Under the pieces are notes generated by a model, which saw only the letters and a list, made by a program, of their open reading frames with translations, was not told the DNA's origin and ran no database searches. Below, in pieces: positions 28,947 through 38,949 of a DNA stretch of 64,000 nucleotides. The translations under genes and the position numbers were made by a program. How positions within the stretch are numbered: the stretch's first letter is position 1; each line of letters starts with the position of its first letter. Origin of the DNA: an uncultured Candidatus Saccharibacteria bacterium (GTDB taxonomy: Bacteria > Patescibacteriota > Minisyncoccia > Phycocordibacterales > UBA12088); NCBI GenBank assembly GCA_964409035.1, contig CAYPBQ010000004.1, positions 7,687 through 71,686 of the forward strand, given 5' to 3'.

Positions 28947-29477
28947 ATGAGTCCGGTACATATACGAACAGCTCTACCAGAGGATAGCGCAGCTATGGTA
29001 GATATTTTATTCCGTGCATGGTGCGCAACATATGTAACACTTGGAGTTCCTGAAGCAGCAATTATCGAATCATTTGGTGATAGGGATAAAAAGATAGATG
29101 TGTATGCAGAGTATATAAAAGCACAAGATGTTTCTGCGCGTGTCGTTCTTGTTGCTGAAAATGATGAGGGGGTAGTGTGTGGTTTGTGTGTGCTAAACAA
29201 AAAAGATGAAATATGGAGGTTGTCACAGTTTTATGTTGATCCAACGTGGATAAGAATGGGTATCGGCTCTGCGCTAATGGCCGAGGCAATTGATCGTGCC
29301 AATACAGATATAGAGCTATCAGTTGTGGTAAACAATGATCGTGCAATCGCCTTTTATACAGCGCAGGGCTTTGCACCAACGGGAGAAACATCAAAATATC
29401 AGCTAACTAATACAGTGTATCTTGATGAGATTGTAATGAGGCGTTCAAGAGCTGGTAAGCGGGTTGAAGGCAGCTAA
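28947..29477 (+). CDS. GNAT family N-acetyltransferase
   Basis: FYVDPTWIRMGIGSALM and NDRAIAFY.AQGF motifs. Confidence 0.9.
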   Translation: MSPVHIRTALPEDSAAMVDILFRAWCATYVTLGVPEAAIIESFGDRDKKIDVYAEYIKAQDVSARVVLVAENDEGVVCGLCVLNKKDEIWRLSQFYVDPTWIRMGIGSALMAEAIDRANTDIELSVVVNNDRAIAFYTAQGFAPTGETSKYQLTNTVYLDEIVMRRSRAGKRVEGS

Positions 29478-29583
29478 AAAGCGGCGTGTTAAAAGAGCCT
29501 CTTTTTAGCCATATATCATACAAAATTAAAAATAGCCGGTTTCGAACCAGCAAAAAATGTGCTACCATGCACATGTTTTACCT

Positions 29584-32085
29584 ATGAAAATATTTGATAC
29601 TATATTCGGCACTCCGTCGTCAAAGGCTATAAAACGCTATAAGCCAATAGTGGCTAGTATTAATGCGCTAGAGCCATCCATTGCATCACTTACTGATGAT
29701 GAACTTCGTCAAAAAACTGCTCAGTTTAAAGCGCGCCTTAAAGAGGGTGAGACTACCGCAACACTCCTTCCAGAGGCATTTGCGGTGGTGAGAGAGGTCT
29801 CAAAGCGCTTAAGCGGGGAAAGGCACTATGATGTGCAGCTTATGGGCGGTATTGCGCTTCATGAAGGAAATATAGCAGAAATGAAAACAGGTGAAGGAAA
29901 GACGCTTGTCGCCACACTGCCTGTGTATCTTAACGCGCTTGTTGGTGACGGTGTTCATGTTATTACGGTCAATGACTACCTCGCTCGTCGCGACGCGGTA
30001 TGGATGGGGCAAATATATGCATTCCTAGGGTTAAGTGTCGGCATCATCAATAGTGATGGAGCATATTTATATGACGCATCAGCCAAACCTGAAGAATCAA
30101 ATGAAGATGACATAAGGGATGAGTTAGGTTCATTCAAGGTGGTGCATGAATACCTACGCCCTGCATCAAAGAAAGACGCGTACTATGCTGATATTACCTA
30201 CGGTACCAACAACGAATACGGCTTTGATTATCTACGAGATAATATTGAGTATGAACCACAGGCACTGCGACAACGCGGACACCATTATGCCATTGTCGAT
30301 GAAATTGACTCTATATTAATAGACGAAGCGAGAACACCGCTTATTATTTCAAGCCCCGCGGCAGAGTCTGAAAATTTGTATCAGACGTTTGCTGAAATAG
30401 CCCGCGCACTAAAGGAGGGTGAGGATTTTGAAAAGGAGGAAAAATCAAGATCAATTTCAATAACAGATAAAGGTATAGAAAAAGCTGAACAGATGCTCGG
30501 CGTTACCGATATATATACCCAAAAAGGTATTAAGTATGTGCACCACCTTGAGACAGCGATACGAGCGAAGGCGTTGTATACAAAGGATAAGCAGTATGTA
30601 GTCAAAGATGGACAAATTGTGATTGTCGATGAGTTTACCGGTAGATTGCAACCAGGAAGACGGTGGAGTGAAGGGCTTCATCAAGCAATAGAAGCAAAGG
30701 AGGGTATGGCAGTACAAAGAGAGAGCCGTACCTATGCCTCAGTGACATTTCAAAATTATTTCAGAATGTACAAAAAGCTCTCTGGAATGACGGGTACCGC
30801 AGAGACCTCTGCTGAAGAATTTCAAACCGTATACAACTTGGAGACTATTGTTATACCGACACATCGAGCTATTTCAAGGATCGATAGGAATGATCTCATT
30901 TATAAAAATGAAAATGCAAAATTCAGCGCGGTTGCAAAAAGAGTTAAGGAGGTAAGCGCACTCGGGCAACCTGTACTTATCGGTACTGTTTCTATTGAAA
31001 AGAATGAATTACTTAGTGCCTACCTTCATAAAGAGGGAGTACCCCACGAAGTGCTAAATGCTAAAAACCATGAACGTGAAGGAGAGATAATCGCACAAGC
31101 AGGGAAGAAGGGTAATGTGACAGTGGCAACCAACATGGCAGGAAGAGGAGTAGATATAAAACTAGGAGGTGTGCCAACAACACCTGAAGACAGAGAAGAA
31201 GTTAAAGCGCTTGGAGGTCTCTTTGTGCTTGGAACAGAACGCCACGAAGCACGTCGCATTGATAACCAGTTACGAGGCCGATCAGGTAGGCAAGGCGATC
31301 CAGGAGAAACACAATTTTTTGTGTCGCTTGATGATGACCTAATGCGAGTATTCGGAAACAATGAGCTTATACGAATGGTAATGGACAAGCTACCAGAAGA
31401 TGAAGCCATAGCACACAGTCGTATTTCAAAATCACTTGAAACCGCCCAAAAGAGAATCGAAGGATTCAATTTTGATTCACGAAAACACGTGCTTGCCTAC
31501 GATAATGTGATGAATCATCAGCGCCAGGCAATATACAAAAAGCGCATGATCGCGCTACTAGGGAGTGATGCCGAAGTTGATGAGCTCTTAGTATCATGTT
31601 CACGTGATACAGATGCGGTGGCTCGTATATTAGAGAGTAAAAAGAATGAGCTTGGTGCAAGCGCGCTGTATATGCAAGCGCGTAGATTAGTTATGCGCAC
31701 TATAGATACTTTATGGATGGACCATCTCGAGAGTATGGAGTATTTGCGCTCCAGTGTTAATTTAAGAGCGTATGGTCAAAGAGACCCACTCATAGAATAT
31801 AGAAAGGAGGGACTTAGACTCTTTAAAGAATTGGAAGAAAACATTGAAGAAGATATCAGGAATAAACTACCAACTCTTGCCCTCAGCACTCTTCCGGTGG
31901 GGCAGATAAAAGTGCAAGCTATACAACCAACATCAAGCACCACTTCACCAGTCGTTGAGAATGGAGCAACCTACGGCAGAAATGATCTTGTCACCATTAG
32001 TGATGGGGTAACCACTGAAACAGTAAAGTTTAAAAAAGCAGAAGCAAAAATCGCACAAGGTTTTAGGATTATTGAAAAAAAATAA
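29584..32085 (+). CDS. secA: Preprotein translocase subunit SecA
   Basis: AEMKTGEGKTL, VDEIDSILIDEARTPLIIS, ATNMAGRGVDI, RIDNQLRGRSGRQGDPG. Confidence 0.98.
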   Translation: MKIFDTIFGTPSSKAIKRYKPIVASINALEPSIASLTDDELRQKTAQFKARLKEGETTATLLPEAFAVVREVSKRLSGERHYDVQLMGGIALHEGNIAEMKTGEGKTLVATLPVYLNALVGDGVHVITVNDYLARRDAVWMGQIYAFLGLSVGIINSDGAYLYDASAKPEESNEDDIRDELGSFKVVHEYLRPASKKDAYYADITYGTNNEYGFDYLRDNIEYEPQALRQRGHHYAIVDEIDSILIDEARTPLIISSPAAESENLYQTFAEIARALKEGEDFEKEEKSRSISITDKGIEKAEQMLGVTDIYTQKGIKYVHHLETAIRAKALYTKDKQYVVKDGQIVIVDEFTGRLQPGRRWSEGLHQAIEAKEGMAVQRESRTYASVTFQNYFRMYKKLSGMTGTAETSAEEFQTVYNLETIVIPTHRAISRIDRNDLIYKNENAKFSAVAKRVKEVSALGQPVLIGTVSIEKNELLSAYLHKEGVPHEVLNAKNHEREGEIIAQAGKKGNVTVATNMAGRGVDIKLGGVPTTPEDREEVKALGGLFVLGTERHEARRIDNQLRGRSGRQGDPGETQFFVSLDDDLMRVFGNNELIRMVMDKLPEDEAIAHSRISKSLETAQKRIEGFNFDSRKHVLAYDNVMNHQRQAIYKKRMIALLGSDAEVDELLVSCSRDTDAVARILESKKNELGASALYMQARRLVMRTIDTLWMDHLESMEYLRSSVNLRAYGQRDPLIEYRKEGLRLFKELEENIEEDIRNKLPTLALSTLPVGQIKVQAIQPTSSTTSPVVENGATYGRNDLVTISDGVTTETVKFKKAEAKIAQGFRIIEKK

Positions 32086-32093
32086 TTTTGCCT

Positions 32094-32432
32094 ATGACCC
32101 ATTTAATCTCACGGTATCTACTTATAGTGTTTAGCATCCTTCTCATCGCAAGGCTTGTTCCCGGTGTCTCGGTTGATGGACTTACTACCACTCTCATTGT
32201 TGCGCTTGTACTTGGGCTTATCAATATTACTCTGAAGCCAATCCTCTTTGTGCTTACGCTACCTGTTACTATCCTCACCCTCGGGTTATTTGCATTCATA
32301 CTCAATGCGTTACTGCTCTGGTTCGTCGCCTCCTTTGTTGAAGGTTTTTATATTGACGGATTTATTCCTGCACTTCTTAGTGCACTTATCATCTCGCTCG
32401 TAACGTGGGTGGGGAACAAGGTGCTCCCATAA
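32094..32432 (+). CDS. Phage-holin-family (YvlD/DUF360) 4-TM membrane protein
   Basis: LKPILFVLTLPVTILTLGLF..ILNA signature. Confidence 0.85.
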   Translation: MTHLISRYLLIVFSILLIARLVPGVSVDGLTTTLIVALVLGLINITLKPILFVLTLPVTILTLGLFAFILNALLLWFVASFVEGFYIDGFIPALLSALIISLVTWVGNKVLP

Positions 32433-32460
32433 TACTTGGCACGTACCACTACACTCCCTC

Positions 32461-32499
32461 TGCTAAAAACACCTCTTATTAAAAGAGGTGTTTTTAGCA
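32461..32499. terminator. 17-bp perfect inverted repeat, probable bidirectional terminator
   Basis: TGCTAAAAACACCTCTT-attaa-AAGAGGTGTTTTTAGCA. Confidence 0.7.
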
Positions 32500-32540
32500 T
32501 GCTTGCAGGAGTTCGCTATGCACTGTAGTCTGTGAGATAC

Positions 32541-33512
32541 ATGGCATTCGTAGATGAATTACTCATACAAGCAAAGGCAGGCAACGGCGGAACCGGTGTT
32601 GTTCGTTGGCGTAGAGAAAAGTTCGTCCCACTTGGAGGTCCAGCGGGTGGTAATGGTGGCAAGGGCGGTGATGTGTACCTTAAGGGTGTGCGAGATAGGA
32701 TGATACTAGCGAGGTACAAAGGAGACACCAACTTTGCTGCAGCTAATGGCGAATCAGGAAGAAAGGATAATGAACATGGAAAAAATGGGCAAGACCTTTA
32801 CATTGAGGTTCCTACCGGAAGTATCATTACTCAAAGAGATTCTGACCGACAAATAAGAATTGATCATGAGGGGCAGATCGAGCTTCTTCTTAAGGGTGGA
32901 AAGGGAGGTCTTGGCAATACTGAGTTTAAAAGCTCCCGCAACACTACCCCGATGGAATTTACTCCTGGTGAGGATGGTGAAGGTGGTGTTTTTCTCATTG
33001 AGCTTGAGCTAATCGCAGATATTGGCCTCATCGGATTTCCAAATGCAGGAAAGTCATCGCTTCTTAATGCGCTTACTAATTCTCATTCTAAAGTGGGCGA
33101 CTATCCATTTACCACACTGGAGCCATCACTAGGAGTTATGGACAAGTATGTTATTGCAGACATACCTGGTCTAATTGAAGGAGCATCAGAGGGCAGAGGG
33201 CTTGGTCACAAGTTTCTAAAGCATGTTACTAGGACAAAAATACTCGTTCATCTTATCTCGGCTAGCCGAGATAACCAAGTTTTAAGCTATAAATCAATAC
33301 GAACAGAGCTAGGTGCATTTAGCGATGATTTGTTAAAGAAGGAAGAGCTCGTGCTACTTTCCCAAGCTGATACAGTTTCTCCAGAGGAAGCAACAAGACT
33401 AGTAAAAGAATTTAAGAAGGAGACAGGTAAGGATATGATTCAGGTTTCAGTTATTGATGATGCCGCAATGAAGCACCTTCGCGAAGTACTCCTCACAATT
33501 TTGAGCAAATAG
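32541..33512 (+). CDS. obgE: GTPase ObgE/CgtA (short, no C-terminal domain)
   Basis: FVDE..AGNGG, RREKFVPLGGPAGGNGG, GFPNAGKSSLL, YPFTTL, DIPGLIEGA. Confidence 0.96.
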   Translation: MAFVDELLIQAKAGNGGTGVVRWRREKFVPLGGPAGGNGGKGGDVYLKGVRDRMILARYKGDTNFAAANGESGRKDNEHGKNGQDLYIEVPTGSIITQRDSDRQIRIDHEGQIELLLKGGKGGLGNTEFKSSRNTTPMEFTPGEDGEGGVFLIELELIADIGLIGFPNAGKSSLLNALTNSHSKVGDYPFTTLEPSLGVMDKYVIADIPGLIEGASEGRGLGHKFLKHVTRTKILVHLISASRDNQVLSYKSIRTELGAFSDDLLKKEELVLLSQADTVSPEEATRLVKEFKKETGKDMIQVSVIDDAAMKHLREVLLTILSK

Positions 33513-33534
33513 GGCGCTCTGCTATAGTGTCGTT

Positions 33535-34932
33535 ATGGAATTTAAACCTACTATTGGTCTAGAAATACACGCGGAGCTGAAGACAAAAACAAAGATGTTT
33601 TGCAGCTCTGCTAATGATCCATCAGCAGAGCCAAATACTAATATTTGCCCAGTGTGTATGGGGCACCCTGGAGTACTCCCTAGAGTAAACAAGGAAGCAG
33701 TAAAGAGCGTGTTAACTGTTGGGGTTGCAGTTGGAGGCACCCTAGCTGATTACACTGAGTTTGATAGAAAGAATTATTTTTACCCCGATATACCAAAGGG
33801 CTATCAGATAAGTCAGTACAAGCATCCTCTTGTTTCTGGAGGTAGCATCAATGGCGTTTTGTTGACTCGTATTCATCTTGAGGAGGATACAGCAAAATCT
33901 TCTCACGAGAGTGCAAGTGGCAGTCTTGTCGACTTTAATAGAGCTGGGGTGCCGCTCATGGAGCTGGTTACAGAGCCTGTTATCCATAGTGCAGAAGAGG
34001 CAAGTTTGTTTGCTAAGGAATTACAGTTGCTTCTTCGAACACTCGGAGTGTCTGATGCAAACATGGAAAAGGGTGAGATGCGAGTAGAGGCAAATATATC
34101 AGTGAGTGCAAATGATACTCTTGGTACTAAAGTGGAGGTAAAAAATCTCAACTCATTCAAGTCTGTCGAGAGAGCAATTGAGTACGAGATAAAACGTCAC
34201 ATTGAAGCTATATCTCGGGGAGACGAGATAGTTCAGGAGACAAGAGGGTGGGATGAGATGGGTGAAAAAACATTCTCTCAAAGAAAAAAGGAGAGTGCTC
34301 ATGACTATCGATATTTTCCAGACCCAGACATTCCAAAGTATGTTATTTCAGAAATCCCAGAATTTTCCCTTGAAGCATTACGTCTCTCAATGCCGGAGTT
34401 GCCAGTAGATAGGAGGGTACGATTAGATTCGTACGGAATTGCAAAAGATGTGCGTGACACCCTTACTAATCAGATCGAGCTAGGTCATTTTTTTGATGAG
34501 ATTATTAGTGGAAAGGAGGCAGTTATTTCATTTGTTACCAAGGCAGCTAATTACCTCACGTCTGATTTAAATGGACTAGGGGGTAGGAATCTACTCACTG
34601 TCAGTGGTATGCGGTCACTTATTGATTTACTTGAATCTGGCGAACTATCCTCAAGAGGAGCAAAAGATGTACTCAAATCACTAAATGAATCAGGTGATAA
34701 TGACGCAATGGCTACTGCTAAAAGGCTTGGCGTGCTTCAGGTAAATGATGACTCACTACTTATAACCATTGCGCAAGACGTTGTGGCAGCTAATGCTGCT
34801 GTTGTACTTGAGTATAAACAAGGGAAGGAGAGCTCGCTACAGTTTTTGGTGGGGCAAGGAATGAAGTTGTCTAAAGGTTCTGCTAATCCTAAGAAGCTAA
34901 GTGAGGCAATAGTAAAGGCTATCAGTGCATAA
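33535..34932 (+). CDS. gatB: Asp-tRNA(Asn)/Glu-tRNA(Gln) amidotransferase subunit B
   Basis: IGLEIHAELKTKTKMFC, FDRKNYFYPD, DFNRAGVPLMELVTEP, YRYFPDPD. Confidence 0.97.
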   Translation: MEFKPTIGLEIHAELKTKTKMFCSSANDPSAEPNTNICPVCMGHPGVLPRVNKEAVKSVLTVGVAVGGTLADYTEFDRKNYFYPDIPKGYQISQYKHPLVSGGSINGVLLTRIHLEEDTAKSSHESASGSLVDFNRAGVPLMELVTEPVIHSAEEASLFAKELQLLLRTLGVSDANMEKGEMRVEANISVSANDTLGTKVEVKNLNSFKSVERAIEYEIKRHIEAISRGDEIVQETRGWDEMGEKTFSQRKKESAHDYRYFPDPDIPKYVISEIPEFSLEALRLSMPELPVDRRVRLDSYGIAKDVRDTLTNQIELGHFFDEIISGKEAVISFVTKAANYLTSDLNGLGGRNLLTVSGMRSLIDLLESGELSSRGAKDVLKSLNESGDNDAMATAKRLGVLQVNDDSLLITIAQDVVAANAAVVLEYKQGKESSLQFLVGQGMKLSKGSANPKKLSEAIVKAISA

Positions 34933-35004
34933 AAGTATCTCGTCTAGCCGACCTGTGTACAAGTGTATTGTGCTTTAAATAGCACTGGGTGGTATAATTA
35001 CCGC

Positions 35005-35640
35005 ATGAAGGAGAACGCACTAGTATTTAATGGTAAGGCATATGTATCCTCGGTACGAGCATCACAGCTTACCGGTTATACTACTGATTACATCGGGCAA
35101 CTCTGCAGAGCAAATAGGGCAGACTGTAGGTTAGTCGGGCGTACCTGGTATGTCGAGCAGACATCCCTATGCGGCAGAAAGGTTCAAAAGCGTATTTCTG
35201 AGAACTCTCCTAAGGGAATGACTATAGAAATAAGAAGAAAGGGCACATATACTGATAGACAAAAGTATCTGGTTGAAGAGTTATCAAGGAGATCATCCTA
35301 TATTCCAAAAAACGAAGAGCAGATAGTTTTTGAGTATGATGATGCGCCACTATTTCCAGCGGTATCGAAGGAGTTACCAGTCGAATCACTCAAAAAAGTA
35401 GAGCCAGCTAAGACTTACGTTGAGGTACCTTCTGTTAAGAGAGACATTCTTTCACCAATTCAGACCCGACATATATCTCGAAGGGGTAAGTTTGCTATAC
35501 AGGGTATTTTACTGCCAGTCTCTGCTGTCCTTCTATTTGCTATTGCTACTTTTGGACTTGAAGCAACGTATTCATACTCAGATAAGGATGGTCTTACTCG
35601 GGGCGTTCAAGTCGTATCCGCATCAGAAATATCATTATAA
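35005..35640 (+). CDS. Excisionase/MerR-like HTH protein with C-terminal TM helix
   Basis: ASQLTGYTTDYIGQLCR....C.LVGRTWYV. Extended -10 TGGTATAAT 6 nt before the ATG. Confidence 0.75.
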   Translation: MKENALVFNGKAYVSSVRASQLTGYTTDYIGQLCRANRADCRLVGRTWYVEQTSLCGRKVQKRISENSPKGMTIEIRRKGTYTDRQKYLVEELSRRSSYIPKNEEQIVFEYDDAPLFPAVSKELPVESLKKVEPAKTYVEVPSVKRDILSPIQTRHISRRGKFAIQGILLPVSAVLLFAIATFGLEATYSYSDKDGLTRGVQVVSASEISL

Positions 35641-36155
35641 TTCAACATATCTCGTATAGACGAGATAGATTTTTAGATATACTCCTTAAAAAATTGGGAT
35701 TTTCAGCTTCGGTTTATTGCTTAAAAGTAATTAAGTACCGTTCATTTTGATACAAGGGCTACAAGAAAAATACTTAATGTGGATTTATTATTTTTATACT
35801 GGTTTAGTGTGGATTTATGACTGATCCCTTTGCATTAGTCTTGGTTATTTTGGCACAAACAGCTCTATTGGTATGGTAATGCCTTATCAACCCACATTTT
35901 GAAGTGTATTTGCACTCTAATTCATAATTCTGGGTAGTTTTAGAGTCAAATCACAAATTTTTGTAGCACTTCTACTTTTTCTATATTGGTAACTAAAAGG
36001 ATGGATCACATACACATATGCATGCGTATTTTATTTGTCCATACGATTACGCAATCTGACTTCCAAAGATTAATTTATGGGTAGTAAATATTGTTAAACA
36101 AAAATTTGAATGGTACACCATCTCGCTACTTCAATTAGAAATTTATAAGTAATTG

Positions 36156-36164
36156 TTATCCACA
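36156..36164 (+). promoter_or_regulatory. DnaA box (TTATCCACA) in a 600-bp AT-rich intergenic region
   Basis: Perfect consensus. The related TGTGGATTTAT occurs at 35778 and 35808. Confidence 0.45.
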
Positions 36165-36240
36165 CATATACATGATGCCTATTGTTGATTACGTTGTAAA
36201 ATATAATTAATTCGGCAATGCGAACTAGTTCGTTAAGTAT

Positions 36241-37155
36241 ATGAATCAAAAAATAATCGCAAAGCAAGAACTAATCTCATCAAACGAGGCATCGCGCCTA
36301 TCAGGGTATTCAACCGAGTATATCGCTCGTCTTTGTAGACGTGGTGACATAGAGGCTCGCAGAGTAGGAAGAGCGTGGTATGTGGTTGATGCTTCATTGA
36401 AGCAACATCTTTTAAAGAGGGATGGAAATATTGTTGAGAGTAATGACTCCACGCTAGCTCGAGATTTACTTCCAGCAGATCAGGCGGGTAAGTTTGTGGG
36501 GTACTCTGGAGACTACGTAGCTAAGCTTTGCAGAGAAGGGGTCATTTCTTGTAGTAAGGTTGGGCGGGTGTGGCATGCGCAGGTTGAGTCATTGAGGCAG
36601 TTTGAAGCCTTGCAATCTGCAAAGATTCAGGAAAAGAAACTTAGTCTTACAGAAGTTAGGCGCAAGGAATATCAAAATAAACAGAGAGCAAGAAAAATAG
36701 TAGAGGTAATAACTGGTAGATCACTTATCACGTTTTTTGCTGAACAAGGTGCAATGAGGAGTTTTGCTGTAGCACTATTTGCTCTTGCTACGGTGTTTGG
36801 GAGTGTGGAGCTGCAGCACAACAGATTAATTGTTAGTGCAGTCGATGCCGCTTCTACCATTGTTGAATCAGTTTATAACGGACGATTAGCAGATGATCAG
36901 GTGGCAAGTAGCGTGGATTCAACCCTGAAGGCTCATGATGATTCAGCGCAAGATAGAGCGCTTGGAATGGTAGTTATACCAAGCGATAACACGCAAAATA
37001 TTAACAACATCAAAGATTCTTTTTCTGATGAAGTAGTCATATCACGCGCTGATAGTACTACCGGAGTGATTACCCCAGTATTTAAAAATTCTAATGGAGA
37101 TGAATATCTGTACGTCATGGTGCCGGTTGATCAAACTATAAAAGAGAGCCCATAG
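36241..37155 (+). CDS. Tandem-HTH membrane protein with C-terminal extracytoplasmic domain
   Basis: Two GY(S)..Y(I/V)A.LCR.G...(R/K)VGR.W repeats, coiled segment, TM helix, C-terminal SFSDEV domain. Confidence 0.75.
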   Translation: MNQKIIAKQELISSNEASRLSGYSTEYIARLCRRGDIEARRVGRAWYVVDASLKQHLLKRDGNIVESNDSTLARDLLPADQAGKFVGYSGDYVAKLCREGVISCSKVGRVWHAQVESLRQFEALQSAKIQEKKLSLTEVRRKEYQNKQRARKIVEVITGRSLITFFAEQGAMRSFAVALFALATVFGSVELQHNRLIVSAVDAASTIVESVYNGRLADDQVASSVDSTLKAHDDSAQDRALGMVVIPSDNTQNINNIKDSFSDEVVISRADSTTGVITPVFKNSNGDEYLYVMVPVDQTIKESP

Positions 37156-37251
37156 TCTGTTTTTGGAAACCACGACTCAACATTTGAATCATGGTTTCCG
37201 AGCGTAGACTCGGAGGTCGAACATTATCAGAAATAGCATTACTCGAGGATT

Positions 37252-37953
37252 ATGATAGTAACAAAGATACAGATAGTACTTAAAGATGCGGGCATAGCTA
37301 CGCTCTTGTTGGCTATACTAATCTACACAAGCTATCTAATGCTTGAGCCAAAAATTTCCGGTGCGGTGTCTACATCGGAGCAGTTTACCGTGTCACTTAC
37401 GGTAGCTGAAGAAATATCATTCTTTACTCCACCTGCAGATGTATCTCTCTCTCCAGCACTCTCTGGACTAACGGGAGGAACAGCAAATGGTGGTACACAA
37501 GTAAGAGTGTTAACCAACAATGCGACTGGTTACCAAATGTCGCTTAAGGCAAGCTCATCGCTTGGGATGATAGGACACAGTAATGGTGGGGTTATTCCTG
37601 CGCTTGTACCAAGTGTCGGCACTGTTCCTAATTTCAGCTTTGATAGCGGGACGGTAGCAGCAAACACTACTCGGTTTGCGTATTCAGTAGAGGCAAGTAC
37701 TACTGCTGATCTTGATCCTTCGTTCAAGGACAATGGATCTGCATGTAATACAGGCAGCTCAGATACTGCAAACAAGTGTTGGTTAAATGCAAGTACTACT
37801 CCTGAAGTAGTAATAAATAGAACCACCATCACGCCAAATTCAGGTGCGACTACTACCATAAAGTTTAGAGTGGTGATGCGTAGCAACCCTTCTCCACTCA
37901 TTCCTAACGATACCTATACCGCTACCACAACACTTACCGCAACCACTAATTAG
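37252..37953 (+). CDS. Secreted WxL-like / fimbrial-subunit-like beta protein
   Basis: N-terminal TM/signal, V.TNNATGY.MSLKA, Cys pair, C-terminal DTYTATTTLTA. Confidence 0.6.
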   Translation: MIVTKIQIVLKDAGIATLLLAILIYTSYLMLEPKISGAVSTSEQFTVSLTVAEEISFFTPPADVSLSPALSGLTGGTANGGTQVRVLTNNATGYQMSLKASSSLGMIGHSNGGVIPALVPSVGTVPNFSFDSGTVAANTTRFAYSVEASTTADLDPSFKDNGSACNTGSSDTANKCWLNASTTPEVVINRTTITPNSGATTTIKFRVVMRSNPSPLIPNDTYTATTTLTATTN

Positions 37954-37955
37954 TT

Positions 37956-38948
37956 ATGTATCGCATACTCATTGCACTTCTTATACCGTTTTCCATCACT
38001 GCGTTTTTAGCGGTGCCTATTGTTGGTGCACCGACTCCGGTTATATCTGAAGAGACAGTGCTTGCGATAGATGATTTGCCTTCAGACGAAGTATTTGGTG
38101 ATTTTGTGGTGGGTCCAGGAAAGGTGGATGTACTTCTTGCGCCTGGCGCAACCACCACTGTGTATCTTCGAGTATCGAACAGAATGGGTGACGATAAAAT
38201 GTTCAATGTAGAGGTAGAGGACTTTGCAGGAACGCAAGATCCCAACCAAACAATCGTACTTTTGGGAGATGAGCGTGGACCTTACTCTCTTAAGGATTAT
38301 GTGCGACCAGCAACAACAACCTTTCCGGTTGATCACGCAACAAGGGTTACTATTCCGGTAACTATTACTGTTCCATCTGACGCAGAGCCAGGGGGTAGGT
38401 ATGGCAGCGTACTTATTAGTACTGTGTCAAAAAATGCTGATGTTGGGGCACGTGATGGCGCGCAAAGCGGCGCGGCAATTGTATCAAGAATAGGCGTACT
38501 CTTTTTTGTTCGTATAGAAGGAGAAGCAGTTGAAGAGGGTAAGCTTACATCTTTCGACACAAAAGATTCACGCCGATTATTTCAAGGTGGAGAGATTCCT
38601 CTTGAAATCTTGTATGAAAACACCGGATCGGTACACCTAAATCCTTATGGCTACATCACTATAAAAAATATATTTGGTGAGGTTATAGGAGCACAAGAAC
38701 TTGATCCTTGGTTTACACTTCCAAAGTCATTGCGTTTGAGAGAGGTGACGTGGGAACGAGCACTTCTTGTTGGTAGGTATACCGCCGAGCTGCAGCTTAA
38801 TAGGGGGTATGACGATATTGTTGAGAGTGCGAGTGTTTCTTTCTGGGTGATACCTATAAAGATGGTTGTGCTAGTACTTTCTGGACTATTCATCTTAATG
38901 ATTATCCTCAGATGGATAACAAAGAATTTTGAGATCAAAAAGAAGTAG
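37956..38948 (+). CDS. DUF916/WxL-interacting-protein-like surface protein with C-terminal TM
   Basis: TITVPSDAEPGGRYGSVL, SRIGVLFFVRIEG, ENTGSVHLNPYG.I.IKN, GRYTAEL, TM plus basic tail. Confidence 0.7.
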   Translation: MYRILIALLIPFSITAFLAVPIVGAPTPVISEETVLAIDDLPSDEVFGDFVVGPGKVDVLLAPGATTTVYLRVSNRMGDDKMFNVEVEDFAGTQDPNQTIVLLGDERGPYSLKDYVRPATTTFPVDHATRVTIPVTITVPSDAEPGGRYGSVLISTVSKNADVGARDGAQSGAAIVSRIGVLFFVRIEGEAVEEGKLTSFDTKDSRRLFQGGEIPLEILYENTGSVHLNPYGYITIKNIFGEVIGAQELDPWFTLPKSLRLREVTWERALLVGRYTAELQLNRGYDDIVESASVSFWVIPIKMVVLVLSGLFILMIILRWITKNFEIKKK

Positions 38949-38949
38949 T

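Noticed and set aside
28580-29200. 206-aa minus-strand ORF with CYLLCSFLSYSLL repeats
   Set aside because: Antisense shadow of the histone-like repeat and the GNAT gene.
36221-36232. LexA (Cheo) box
   Set aside because: Spacing is GAAC-N2-GTTC, not the required N4.
35641-36240. Replication origin
   Set aside because: Only one perfect DnaA box, no dnaA/dnaN nearby and no change in gene orientation across it. GC skew was not computed.
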